Origin: Ostrea edulis
Lineage: Eukaryota
Length of the DNA stretch: 64,000 bases
Direction of reading: 5' to 3'
Assembly: GCF_947568905.1 (NCBI RefSeq)
Contig: NC_079168.1
Span: 93,930,001 to 93,994,000 of the forward strand
Part shown: positions 45,533-56,254 of the stretch, in pieces
Numbering within the stretch: position 1 is the stretch's first letter
Layout of the letters: every line of letters starts with the position of its first letter
Translations under genes and position numbers: made by a program
The notes under the pieces: model-generated
The model's database searches: none
Told to the model about the DNA's origin: nothing
The model's input: only the letters and a program-made list of their open reading frames with translations

Positions 45533-48500
45533 GACGGTCCTCCTATAAGAAGCCGTTAGGAAGACGTAATAATAGACCTACTTATGACATAAATCTTACA
45601 AATAATCCTAGTTCTTGTATTTTAAAGATAGGGAAAAATCGTTTCAGAGCATTAATAGATACCGGAGCCGAGGTATCCTTAGTTAGCAAGAGAATGTTTG
45701 ATAGTCTCCCTTTTCAACCCCGAATAAATAGAAAGGATATTCCTTTTCTGCAAGCTGCAAACGGAAACTCTTTAACCTCAATAGGTTCAGTAAAATTGAC
45801 CTTTAGAATCAGTGGACTTGACATGACACAGAAATTTTACGTGACAGACGGACTCAACCGAAACATGATACTTGGACGTGATTGGATGACGAGATACAGT
45901 GTTCGTCTCTATTTTGATCTTGGCCTAATGCGTATAAATGGGAAAACCTATACGGAACTCAAAGAGGACATACATATTTCCTCCATTGTAAGAACCACCA
46001 AGAAATTGACCATAAAACCCAACACTGTAACAGTGTGCAGAGGGAAGGTGAACAATAATTTCCCTATTGAACAAATAGATTTTGTGGAAGTTCATAACAT
46101 TGATAATGAATGTTTACTGGATGACCCTGGTGTGTATATCAAGGACTCAGTGTGCGCCGTTAGACAATCCCGAAATATCCCAATTATTATAGTGAATCAA
46201 TCAAACAGGCATTACAAGATTCCCCGAGGTCACATTGTGGGTAGAGTGACCCCAACTGAAACTACCGAGATCTTCGAGATTCAGAACGATACAAGCGAGG
46301 ACGAAAAGATCAATGTACCACGGAAATTCGAAACTTCAATCAAAAGTATAATCAGAAGAAATAAAGACCTTTTCGCAAAGAAGGATAGTGACTTGGGTCT
46401 TACTAACACTGTTAAAATGTCTATTGACACTGGGGACCACGATCCTATTAAAAATAGACCCTACAGAGTTCCTCTGAATAAAAGACAAATCATAGACAAA
46501 GCAGTAAAGGAAATGTTAGATGCCAAAATTATTGATAGATCTCAATCCCCTTGGTTATTTCCTTTAGTAGTGGTCAAGAAAAAGGATGGGTCAGATAGAA
46601 TGTGTGTAGATTTTCGGACTTTGAACAAGATAGTCAAACCAGTATCTTTTCCATTGCCTCTAATAGATGACATTCTATGCCTATTAGGAAAAGCAAGGTA
46701 TTTTACTGCTTTAGATCTTAAAAGCGGATATTGGCAAGTTCAGTTAGACGAAAAAAGTAAGGAAAAGACGGCATTCGCCTGTCACAAAGGTCTGTTTCAG
46801 TTTAACAGAATGCCTTTTGGCCTGAGTAATGCCCCAGTGGTATTTCAAGAACTAATGAATATAGTTCTTCAAGGTAAGGAAGATTTTTCGATAGCCTACC
46901 TTGATGACATTTTGATATTTTCTGAGACAGCAGAGAAACATCTTGAACATATACAAGAAGTGTTCGATCGTCTCAGAAAACACGATCTAAAATTGAAACT
47001 TAAGAAATGTAGCTTCTTCCAAGAACAAACAGAATATTTAGGCTTTATAATTAATGAAAAAGGAGTTAAACCAGATCCTAAGAAAGTAGCTGCGATTCGA
47101 CAATTACCAGCACCAACTTCTGTAAGAGAAATTAGAGGCTTTATCGGTATGTGTAGTTACTATAGACGTTTTATTCCAAATTTCTCACAGATAGCTGAAC
47201 CCCTTATTGACTTAACTAGAAAATATGCTAAATTCAGGTGGTCGGAAACATGTCAGAGAGCCTTTGACTACTTGAAAAAGAGTCTTACAGTAGTTCCACT
47301 ACTGACATATCCCGATATAAACAAACCTTATGTCTTATATACGGATGCTAGTGATGAGTGTGTCGGTGCTTGTCTCACCCAACAAACTGATGAAGGTGAA
47401 GAAAAACCCATCTACTATCTATCACACAAGTTAAGCAAAACCCAGAAGAAATGGCCTACAATAGAGAAAGAAGCTTATGCTATCCACTATGCTCTTCAAA
47501 AACTTGACCATTACCTGCACAATGCAGAATTTGTGATAAGAACTGATCACAAACCTCTTAAGTACATTTTAGATTCGCCAATGCAAAATAAAAAGATACA
47601 GCTGTGGGCTCTGAGCATAGCGGGATATAACTGCAAGGTAGAATATATAGAAGGTAGATATAACTGTTGTGCTGATCTTCTTTCTAGACTACCCACTAGT
47701 ATTAAAGAAAATGAGCCAGAGGAAGAATCGAATGACGATGAGCCTGATTGCAAGGACAACTTCTTTGAAGTAAATGTCCTTAACTCAAACGCCTTTGCAC
47801 TTTCACCAAAGAAATTGGCCGGATGTCAGGTCAAACAAAAAGATGAGTTAATTAAACCGTTTCTAGATCTTCCCAAAGAAATTAACATACAAGAGGCTCA
47901 AAAGAATGATGTTCAGATTAAGAAATTAAGGAATAAATTAACCAAAGGTACAGCAACGGTCACAGAGGAAAAGAAATTTCTTGAAATAGAAGGTCTTATG
48001 TATTATCTTTCGGATGGAGACTCGGAGTCTCCACGATTAAGACTATATGTTCCGAGAGAATTAGAGTCTTTGGTAGTCCAACAGTATCATGATGGACTTG
48101 GTCATATGGGTGTAGATAAGACATATGATGCAATTAGATCTAAATATTACATGCCAAATTTGTACAAAAGGTTGCATACGTATGTAGAAGGATGTGTGGT
48201 CTGCCAAACTCGCAGTGGTAAGAAAACTCAACCCCCACTCCAAGAAACAGACATACCTCCCTTTCCTTTCGCTAAGGTAGGACTAGACTTATCAGGTCCA
48301 TATCCAACAACTCTATCTGGGAACAAGTACATCATTTCATTTATTGACATTTATTCTGGTTGGCCAGAAGCATTCCCAGTTCCTGACAAGTCCGCGGATA
48401 ACATTGTCCATCTCATCTTAGAAGAAATATACCCCAGATTCGGTTGTCCGTTACAAATTCTAACGGATAATGGAACAGAAAACGTCAACAAAGCTGTAGA

Positions 48501-49599
48501 TGAGACCCTAAAAGAATTAAATATAGATCATATCACAACGTCATATTATAGCCCACAAGAAAATGGAAAGGTAGAAAGATTTCATCGCACTCTTCATGAG
48601 AAGATTGTGAATGATGCTCAAACATGGGACATTTATTTAAATCAAACTTTAGCTGCCATAAGATTTCACCCAAATGAGTCATCAAAGTTTTCACCATACT
48701 ACCTATTGTACAATCGTGATGTAGTACTCCCATTAGACACTTTGTTGAAGCCGAGAAGACGATACAATGGAGAAGAACAACATAAGATCATCCTACAAGA
48801 ACAACATAAAGCCTTCTTGTTGGTTCATCGGAATATGAAGATATCTAAAAGAAAACAAAAAGAACAAGCCGACAAGAAAAATGAAGACATTCCATTACAG
48901 ATAGGAGATCCAGTATACTTAAAGAACAATAGAAGAAAAAACAAGCTGGATAAGAAATGGCTACCTTACTACAGAATTATAAAACAGACAGGACCAGTCA
49001 GTTTTGTTGTGAAAGATCAATTAACAGGAACGACTACCAAGTGTCATGCCCGGCAATTGAGATTGGCTGACTTGGCGCAGTGGCCGAGCCATATCAGCAA
49101 TGAATCAGACCGACCAATGAGAAAAACAAATTACGTGGTACCACCAACAGACGAGGAGTCGTCAGAGGAAGAAGAAATCCTTGAACCTCTTGGACGTGAA
49201 ATACGCCATAAGCAGAAAGAAAGAGAGGATTCAGATGATGAGGAAGATATACCATTGGCCGAATTACAGAGACGATTACGTGCAAAGAAGATTATGGATC
49301 AAAAACCTACAAAAACTAACTCCGATAGCGACGAGACGGACGTTGACTATGAATCAGATAGTGAGAGACGAGAGTTTCTGGTTGCAGACGAACAGTCCCC
49401 CAAACAAGAACCCCTAGATGAAGATATGGAAATAGATGCGGTAGCATCAGTAGGTCGAGGCTTCAGTAAAAAAGATACCCCAATTCCTTTGCCCCGGTTG
49501 CCTAGAAAGCAACCTATTCCAGTACCGAGAAAAACAAAATTAAAAGAGAGAGAAAAGATGGTAGAATTGTTTACCTCTATGACTAAGTTATTATTATAA
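45520..49599 (+). CDS. pol: Pol (aspartic protease, RT, RNase H, integrase, acidic tail), in the -1 frame relative to gag
   Basis: Frame open from 45520; ALIDTGAEVS, RMPFGL, AYLDDILIFS, YTDAS/IEKE/TDHKPL, HHCC (HDGLGH...CVVC), LDLSGP/TDNG/VERFHRTL. Confidence 0.97.
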   Translation, partial: SGKLGRSSYKKPLGRRNNRPTYDINLTNNPSSCILKIGKNRFRALIDTGAEVSLVSKRMFDSLPFQPRINRKDIPFLQAANGNSLTSIGSVKLTFRISGLDMTQKFYVTDGLNRNMILGRDWMTRYSVRLYFDLGLMRINGKTYTELKEDIHISSIVRTTKKLTIKPNTVTVCRGKVNNNFPIEQIDFVEVHNIDNECLLDDPGVYIKDSVCAVRQSRNIPIIIVNQSNRHYKIPRGHIVGRVTPTETTEIFEIQNDTSEDEKINVPRKFETSIKSIIRRNKDLFAKKDSDLGLTNTVKMSIDTGDHDPIKNRPYRVPLNKRQIIDKAVKEMLDAKIIDRSQSPWLFPLVVVKKKDGSDRMCVDFRTLNKIVKPVSFPLPLIDDILCLLGKARYFTALDLKSGYWQVQLDEKSKEKTAFACHKGLFQFNRMPFGLSNAPVVFQELMNIVLQGKEDFSIAYLDDILIFSETAEKHLEHIQEVFDRLRKHDLKLKLKKCSFFQEQTEYLGFIINEKGVKPDPKKVAAIRQLPAPTSVREIRGFIGMCSYYRRFIPNFSQIAEPLIDLTRKYAKFRWSETCQRAFDYLKKSLTVVPLLTYPDINKPYVLYTDASDECVGACLTQQTDEGEEKPIYYLSHKLSKTQKKWPTIEKEAYAIHYALQKLDHYLHNAEFVIRTDHKPLKYILDSPMQNKKIQLWALSIAGYNCKVEYIEGRYNCCADLLSRLPTSIKENEPEEESNDDEPDCKDNFFEVNVLNSNAFALSPKKLAGCQVKQKDELIKPFLDLPKEINIQEAQKNDVQIKKLRNKLTKGTATVTEEKKFLEIEGLMYYLSDGDSESPRLRLYVPRELESLVVQQYHDGLGHMGVDKTYDAIRSKYYMPNLYKRLHTYVEGCVVCQTRSGKKTQPPLQETDIPPFPFAKVGLDLSGPYPTTLSGNKYIISFIDIYSGWPEAFPVPDKSADNIVHLILEEIYPRFGCPLQILTDNGTENVNKAVDETLKELNIDHITTSYYSPQENGKVERFHRTLHEKIVNDAQTWDIYLNQTLAAIRFHPNESSKFSPYYLLYNRDVVLPLDTLLKPRRRYNGEEQHKIILQEQHKAFLLVHRNMKISKRKQKEQADKKNEDIPLQIGDPVYLKNNRRKNKLDKKWLPYYRIIKQTGPVSFVVKDQLTGTTTKCHARQLRLADLAQWPSHISNESDRPMRKTNYVVPPTDEESSEEEEILEPLGREIRHKQKEREDSDDEEDIPLAELQRRLRAKKIMDQKPTKTNSDSDETDVDYESDSERREFLVADEQSPKQEPLDEDMEIDAVASVGRGFSKKDTPIPLPRLPRKQPIPVPRKTKLKEREKMVELFTSMTKLLL

Positions 49600-49663
49600 T
49601 CAGTTAAGATAGGTAGAAATACCTAAGATAGGAGGTAGTAAGAAATTGATTCTTACATTACAG

Positions 49664-50032
49664 ATGGGGCACCAACAAAATGAAGTTTCGGGCCAATTGG
49701 TGGGTTTGGATATGCCGGACCTAGATAATTTACGGGTCAAATTTCGTACGGGAAATATTATAAGATATTTTCAAATTGAATATAAAGAGGCGTATATTGA
49801 TGTAAATGATGAAGAAAGTTACGCAAGGTTAGTTATAAAAGGACAATTACGTGTAACGATGGAAAGGTCACTAGACGAGAGTGACGAATCGGTGCCCGAT
49901 GAAGGCGATCCCGACTCAGATAATGAAAATGTCAACGACGAAAACGTTGAAGAAGATAATAGACAATTATCACCAAACCTTATCAAGAAGGCCTGGGGTA
50001 TTGATACTGGTGTCCCCATCGGAGAGTTGTAA
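49664..50032 (+). CDS. Unknown 122-aa accessory ORF with acidic C-terminal half
   Basis: ATG directly after a splice-acceptor-like TTCTTACATTACAG (49650-49663); open for 369 nt between pol and env. Confidence 0.55.
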   Translation: MGHQQNEVSGQLVGLDMPDLDNLRVKFRTGNIIRYFQIEYKEAYIDVNDEESYARLVIKGQLRVTMERSLDESDESVPDEGDPDSDNENVNDENVEEDNRQLSPNLIKKAWGIDTGVPIGEL

Positions 50033-50132
50033 ATAATCGTAAAAATGAACACAAATTAAAGTTCCGAGCACGCTTTGCATTATATATCCAAACTGCTAAA
50101 AGTTTTCATGTATCTGTATTATCATAAAATGA

Positions 50133-51407
50133 CTTTTAGAAAGTGACCGTTTAATCATTGTATTATCCATACCTCTTTTGACAGCAAATAAGAGACTTGA
50201 ATTGTTTAAGATTCATAACCTACCCGTGCCAAATTTGAAAACAAACCAAACTGATCTTCTAGCGAAATTTGATTTAAATCTCGCCGCTCTTGCTATTGAT
50301 GATGTTCATGACACCTACACTGCGTTGTCTAGTGTCGAACTGCAGAATTGCGAGAAACAGCATGGTAATTTCTGTCCTATCGAAAAACCATTTTACCCCG
50401 TTGCTACTTCAAAAGCCTGTGTCGTGCAATTATTTCAAAACATTAGGGAAGGAATTGACAAATTCTGTTCTATTTCTGTAGAAACTAGTTCTGCTGACCC
50501 AGACGCAAGAAATCTGCGTGAAGGGAAATGGCTAATAATGTCATCTCAATCATTAACTATTAATGTAAAATGTGGACAAAAAGTTTCGAGTAAAACCACC
50601 AATCCACCCATTGACATACTGACCTTAGATTTGGGTTGTTCAGGACACCATGGATCGTTACTTTTGCCCCCATATTATAATAAGGAAACTCATTATAATA
50701 TGACAAACAGCTTTCAAGATTTCTTAAACGAACTTCAAACCAATTCATTATGGGAACAGTTCAATCAACGATTCCCACAGAAAACCAAGTATAAAATTCC
50801 CCCGAAGTTGAAAAACATAAAAGAATTTCCAATAGACACACTTTTGGCGGAATTACCAGAAGAACAATTAGTATCTATGAAAACCTCACCTTGGGTAGGA
50901 TCCCCTTGGTTCTATATAACCATCGCTTCAATGGGTTTCTTTCTTTTGATAATCATTGGCAAGTTAATTAGGAATAGGGATAAGGTTAAGAAAAAGTTAA
51001 GTAAGTTAGGGTGTCTAAGATGCAACAAGTCAAAGGGAGAAAGAAAAGAGGGAGACGGTCCACCTGAAAGAAAGGATCCAGCCAAAATCGAATGGATCCC
51101 CTTAGAGACATTCCATGAAAAAAATCAGAAGAGCTCCATCTCCAACACGAAAGGCAAGGTAAAGAGAAACTCGCTACAACCTAGCAAGAAAGTTACATAC
51201 AAAAGTGTTAACCTTGATAAACCTTACCGACCAGACTATGCGTTATCACAAAGATATCTGCAAGAACGAAAAGAACTCTCGGCAACGACGTCAAGCGACT
51301 TGAAAGATGATAGAAGCGTCTTGGCAGGTGCAACCTACCCGTCCGTGCCACCAATGAACTTGTATCCGAGCATAGACCAACATATACCGGTGATGTATGA
51401 TTCCTAA
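50133..51407 (+). CDS. env: Env-like type I membrane protein, C-terminal half of an F-type (baculovirus F/errantivirus-like) fusogen; N-terminus missing
   Basis: IIVLSIPLL...LELFKIHNLPVP; Cys pattern QNC...NFC...KAC..QLF...FC; GKWLI; VKC...GC; TM PWFYITIASMGFFLLIIIGKLI; long cytoplasmic tail. No ATG, signal peptide or furin site upstream (TGA at 50130). Confidence 0.75.
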   Translation, partial: LLESDRLIIVLSIPLLTANKRLELFKIHNLPVPNLKTNQTDLLAKFDLNLAALAIDDVHDTYTALSSVELQNCEKQHGNFCPIEKPFYPVATSKACVVQLFQNIREGIDKFCSISVETSSADPDARNLREGKWLIMSSQSLTINVKCGQKVSSKTTNPPIDILTLDLGCSGHHGSLLLPPYYNKETHYNMTNSFQDFLNELQTNSLWEQFNQRFPQKTKYKIPPKLKNIKEFPIDTLLAELPEEQLVSMKTSPWVGSPWFYITIASMGFFLLIIIGKLIRNRDKVKKKLSKLGCLRCNKSKGERKEGDGPPERKDPAKIEWIPLETFHEKNQKSSISNTKGKVKRNSLQPSKKVTYKSVNLDKPYRPDYALSQRYLQERKELSATTSSDLKDDRSVLAGATYPSVPPMNLYPSIDQHIPVMYDS

Positions 51408-52075
51408 ATGGATGTGTTTAACTGTGAATTCATATTGTGAATATTTGTGTAAGGAATGATAACGACTATCCATGGAATGATTCTAAGTAATTCAAGGAAG
51501 ATCGAATGATCCTGGCCGTTCGTGATATATTGGAACATTATCGCTTGAGAACATTATTAACTATATGTGCTTTGATATTAACACTGCCGCTTTTTGTATC
51601 CTGGACACTTTGTTTTATCCGATTGACTTTATTGAATCCTGAATCACGTTTCAAGAACATTATAAACATTGATTTTATACTTGTGAACCAAATTCTGGTC
51701 ACATTTTGTTGAGAAACAACGCTATGTTGATGAATGAATAATATGTTGGTATATATGTATGTTAATATCCTGGCCACATCTTGTTTAAGGATATTAGGTT
51801 GATATGTTGACATCCTGATCATGCAAGTGACTATACCATTCTGATCACTGACTTGAAAACTATTCATCTTAGTCACTGGTTGATTCCCGGAGCCGACGGA
51901 GACGGAATAAAGTCGTTTTAGGAAATATGTAATTTACCATTACCTCTTAAAATAGACGTGTCGACTGGTGTGTCATCGGTCGGCATCGTCTCAAGTTAGA
52001 GGAATGAGTAAAAGTCATTTCCACTGTCGGGCGCTTGATGGAAGAAATCTTCCCTTCTGGAATATTTCTTTTATC

Positions 52076-52086
52076 AGGGGGACGAG
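52076..52086 (+). other. Polypurine tract
   Basis: AGGGGGACGAG directly before the 3' LTR. Confidence 0.85.
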
Positions 52087-52639
52087 TGTAACCAGATGAC
52101 CTTAAGAATTGATTGTATTATCACTTATATTAGTCTTGCATTATCTTTATCGATTATATTAGCCTTAATTACCAATTATATTATTAAATTTACAATGATG
52201 AAATTATGTAAGCCGCATTGCAAACAAATACATAAAGGTCACCATGTTTTGTACGACCTTTATGAGTAAAACTCGCGATACTGTTATTCCAGTACCTGCA
52301 TCACCCATAAATGATTGGCAGTTGGGACAGTTTTGTTACCAAAAATGTACACTACTGCAGCTGCGTTTATTATAGCGCATTAGTGTCAATAATGTTAATC
52401 ACGTACCCATTTCATATATATATATACGTTTGTAAATTTGTCAAAAAGGAGAAGAGAATAGAACCTGGTATTGTATTTGAATGTTGCTGAGTTTATGTTA
52501 GAAATAAACTTTGAAACCAACGCGAATTGAGTATAGTTAAGACTTTGTTGGTAGAAGTCAGAGTAATAAGACTTTGTTAGTATAAGTCTTCAGGTTAAGA
52601 CTTTGTTGGAAGAAGTCTTAAACAAATAATCCGGTTACA
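52087..52639 (+). repeat. 3' LTR (553 bp)
   Basis: TGTAACC...GGTTACA, followed by TGTC. Confidence 0.97.
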
Positions 52640-53253
52640 TGTCACAAAATCCTGTGAATGCCTCTCCTTCCATATGGCTTATCGGATAGACTTAAGACTT
52701 TGCACAATACTTCAATGCCATTTTCAGATGTGCATATTGTAGGGACAGGAGGATTCAATCGTTATTCTTAATGTTATAGTGGATCTAGGAGGGGTGGAGG
52801 GTGTAAATAAAATTGTGAATATTTCTCTTATATGGCTTATTTGAGTTCATAATGGCTATGTTCCTGTCCATGCTTTCTCCTCCATAACATGCAGTACATT
52901 AAGGAGAGGAGGTTTTATTTGCTGCACTTCCAATTTGGGAAGACATTTGTTTTTCATAAAAACAATCTCTAGTAATGTACTTTAAATGATGAGGGTTTTT
53001 AACAGGAGTTGAAAAAAGTAGCATCAGATTTGCCACCAGCAACGCATGTTCAATGTTAAATAGTAATATATATACTGTTGCAAAATCCTCTTGTACAGTA
53101 TCATTACTACTATCTAACGACACAATGTTAGAACTCTCCAAAGGAAAGCAGTGGATTCAAGGTCAACAACCCTTTAGTGAAAAATGTTTTGGCAGACAAA
53201 GATTTTTCATTTTTGGAGCTTTTCACCAAAGCTGTTAAGGGAGTTAACTCTAG

Positions 53254-53874
53254 TTTTTAGCTCACCTGAGCTGAAAGCTAAAGTGAGCTTTTCTGATTAC
53301 CATTTGTCCTTCGTCTGTATGTCCATCTCTCCATCTGTCTGTAAACTTTTTACTTTTATGACTTCTTCTCAAGAACCACGGGGCCAATTTAACCAAACTT
53401 GGCAAAACGCATCCTTAGGTATAGGGCTTTCAAGGTGTTTTTTTTTCAAATGAAGAGCCATGGGGGAAATAATCACAAAAATTCAAAAATAGGGTCGGGT
53501 CATTTAAATATCTTCATCTCGAGAAACACTGGATCCGAAAAGCTGAAATTTACATGAAACTTTTCTGACATTGTGCAGATTCACGTTTGTTGAGATCATG
53601 TCCCCTGGGGGCAGGATGGGGCCACAATAGGGAATCAAAGTTATACAAATATATATAGAAAAATCTTCTCAAGAACCACTGGGCCAAGAAAGTAGAAATT
53701 TACATGAAAGCTTCCTGACATAGTGCAGGTTCAGGTTTATTAACATCATGACCCCCAAGGGGTAAGTTGAAGCCACAATAGGGATCAAAGTTTTACATGC
53801 GAATATGTAGGGAAAATCTTTGGATATGGACCAAAGTGACTCAGGTGAGAGATGTGGCACATAGGCATCTTGTT
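53254..53874 (-). mobile_element. HINE element with HindIII/Cg170-type monomers
   Basis: TTTTAGCTCACCTGAGCTGAAAGCT end, TGTC/TCCA microsatellite, monomers with GAAAGCTTCC, ends ...GGCATCTTGTT. Confidence 0.75.
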
Positions 53875-54118
53875 TAAGTAATTGATAGGCAGTATTATAC
53901 TATGTATTACTATAACATAATATATATTTGAGAAAGTTGGTTTAAGGTGGCCTTCTTGTTGAAAATGGATAAAATATGCATAAATCGTTCTCAAAATTTA
54001 CCTCGAGATTTAGTAGCCTGTCAAACGCTAAACCTTTAAACTTACATGCCTGGGTGGTTTAGGTGCTCAGCAATCTTACACTTAAACCATACATTCCGAG
54101 TTCAAGTCCAATATTTTC

Positions 54119-54610
54119 CCAATGTAAAACTTATACGGTACCAATTTTGATGCACCAGATGCGCATTTCGACAAATAATGTTTCTTCAGTGATGCTCAAC
54201 CGAAATCTTTGAAGTCCGATATAACTATGAAGTTTTAGAGCTAAATATAGCCAAAAACAGCGTGCCAAAAAAAGTGGAGCCAAATTCGTCCAAGGATAAG
54301 AGCTATGCATGAGGGAGATAATCCTTAATTTTGAAATGAATTTCTAAATTTTGTAACAGCAATTAAATATACATCCGTATTTTCAAGCTAGTAACGAAGT
54401 ACTTAGCTACTGGGCTGTAGAGACCCTCGGGGACTAACAGTCCACCAGCAGAGGCCTCGACCCAGGGGTCATAATGTAAAACTTATACGGTACCAATTTT
54501 GATGCACCAGATGCGCATTTCGACAAATAATGTCTCTTCAGTGATGCTTAACCGAAATTTTTGAAATCCGAAATAACTATGAAGTTTTAGAGCTAAATAA
54601 AGCCAAAAAC
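54119..54610 (-). repeat. Inverted array of the ~350-bp repeat unit
   Basis: AATGTAAAACTTATACGGTACCAATTTTGATGCACC at about 54121 and 54473. Confidence 0.85.
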
Positions 54611-56254
54611 AATTTATTTTGTTTTTTGTTTTTTTTTTGTTTGCTTTTCATTTTTTGGGGTCGTTTTCTTGAGAGGGTGTGTGTGTGTGTGTCAAAAATG
54701 TGATACATATATATTATAACAAATATTAGTCATTTTCATCATAACTTCCAATATTTGCAAGTTACGACTTAAAGAAAGGGAATTTATTCCGAGGTCACTG
54801 TAGTTCCGTTTCTTTGCACTAACATGTTCCTGTGTGCACAGGAGTTTTAACCCGTAATGTGGCTGACGAAAATCTAAACAAATACTACAGGGAAAAGGGC
54901 ACAAATGCTCACTTGGAGCCTTCTGGGGTGGGGCCAAAATTGCAAAGAAAATACCAAATTTTCAAAAGTCTTCTCCTTTACTCCTTTATATAGGGAGAAA
55001 AGCCAAATGTATGGTTATGATATCCATAAACCCTTTATCTTTTTGTGAATTTCATGACCCATTGGTTTGGGGTTCAGTCTATAGGGTGGAGCCAATTTTG
55101 CTATATAGTAAAACTATCTAAATCTTAGAAAATCTTTTTCTCTGCTTCTGCTGCAGAAATCTCCTTTAATATTACGTACATATGTATGATTATGACAATA
55201 TCAAGGGTCTTGGTGGTCAGGTCAGTTGAGGCTTGGGGATGGAGATAGATGGGTGGGGTGTTGACTTGTCCAGATCATAGTAAATATGTGTTCTATTTAA
55301 GGAAATCTATTTTGGTTTATTGTGCACTGTAATGATAAAGCTGTCTATTTAAGTCGGAAATATCATTATCCCTGGGGCAGGAGTATTTATTCCAGAGAGA
55401 TTGGGAAGCCAAAATGGTTATACTAGATGTAGTTAATTAAGTTCAAAGACTGGTGATGAAGCGTTGTCGTTTATTCATCAACGTAAGAACTGAAACATAC
55501 AAATGATGTATACACACTGTTATGAGACAAAAGAAAGTGACAATTCGTCACACTTGACTAGTAAAGTTATAAACATTTTGAATAATATTGAATAGAAAAA
55601 ATTACATTCACATTCAATTAATTGACATGACTTAGAGAAAACTGCATAATTTCATACTAAATTCTTCACATTTACGCTTCAAATCATGTGACTAAACTGG
55701 ACAAAGGAAGATAACTCTAATTTGTGAATATTCAAAATTCTCTACGTAGGCTTAATGCTCAATACTTCAATAATTGTGTACTATAATATGTTCATTAATT
55801 CGTTAGATAATAGTAAAACATTTGCAAAATAGATGCACAAAGCTACATAACTAAGTACAGCAAATATCATGCACGATTAAATATACACGTCACACAATGC
55901 GCGCCATGTTTAAACCACACGATACTACAGAACATGTAGGCCTATCTAATCTGGTGCAGATAATCATACATAAACAATAAACTCATATAACAAGACATCA
56001 AATTACCTTGTAATCTCTCTGACCAAACTGCTGGGAAATTAAGACTGATGTAAAATAAAAAGTGGATCACGCACGTTGCGTGTTACGTAATCTGTACGTT
56101 AAATAATGCAGATGCTCGTCAATGCGTAACTAAACACTGGTACAGAACCAATAAAATGAACAGTTCCGGAATGTACAATTCTACTGAGTGCTAATACATG
56201 TAGTAAATGTAATTATTCTAACATTAAACAAAACAAAAACTTGCCAAAAAACAC

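Larger units (their letters stand above)
43504..52639 (+). mobile_element. Full-length errantivirus-like Ty3/Gypsy provirus, 9136 bp
   Basis: Two LTRs, TGTC TSD (43500-43503, 52640-52643), PBS, PPT, gag-pol with PR-RT-RH-IN order, env-like ORF. Confidence 0.97.
43435..52760. mobile_element. Helitron/HINE-like repeat (43435-43503 + 52644-~52760) serving as the target of the Gypsy provirus
   Basis: CCCCCTTCAGAGGGGG hairpin and (TCCA/TCTG) microsatellite continue across the TSD into ACAAAATCCTGTGAATGC. Confidence 0.45.

Noticed and set aside
48580-48630. Possible short in-frame deletion in integrase after ERFHRTLH
   Set aside because: Suggested only by recalled homologues; cannot be shown without an alignment.
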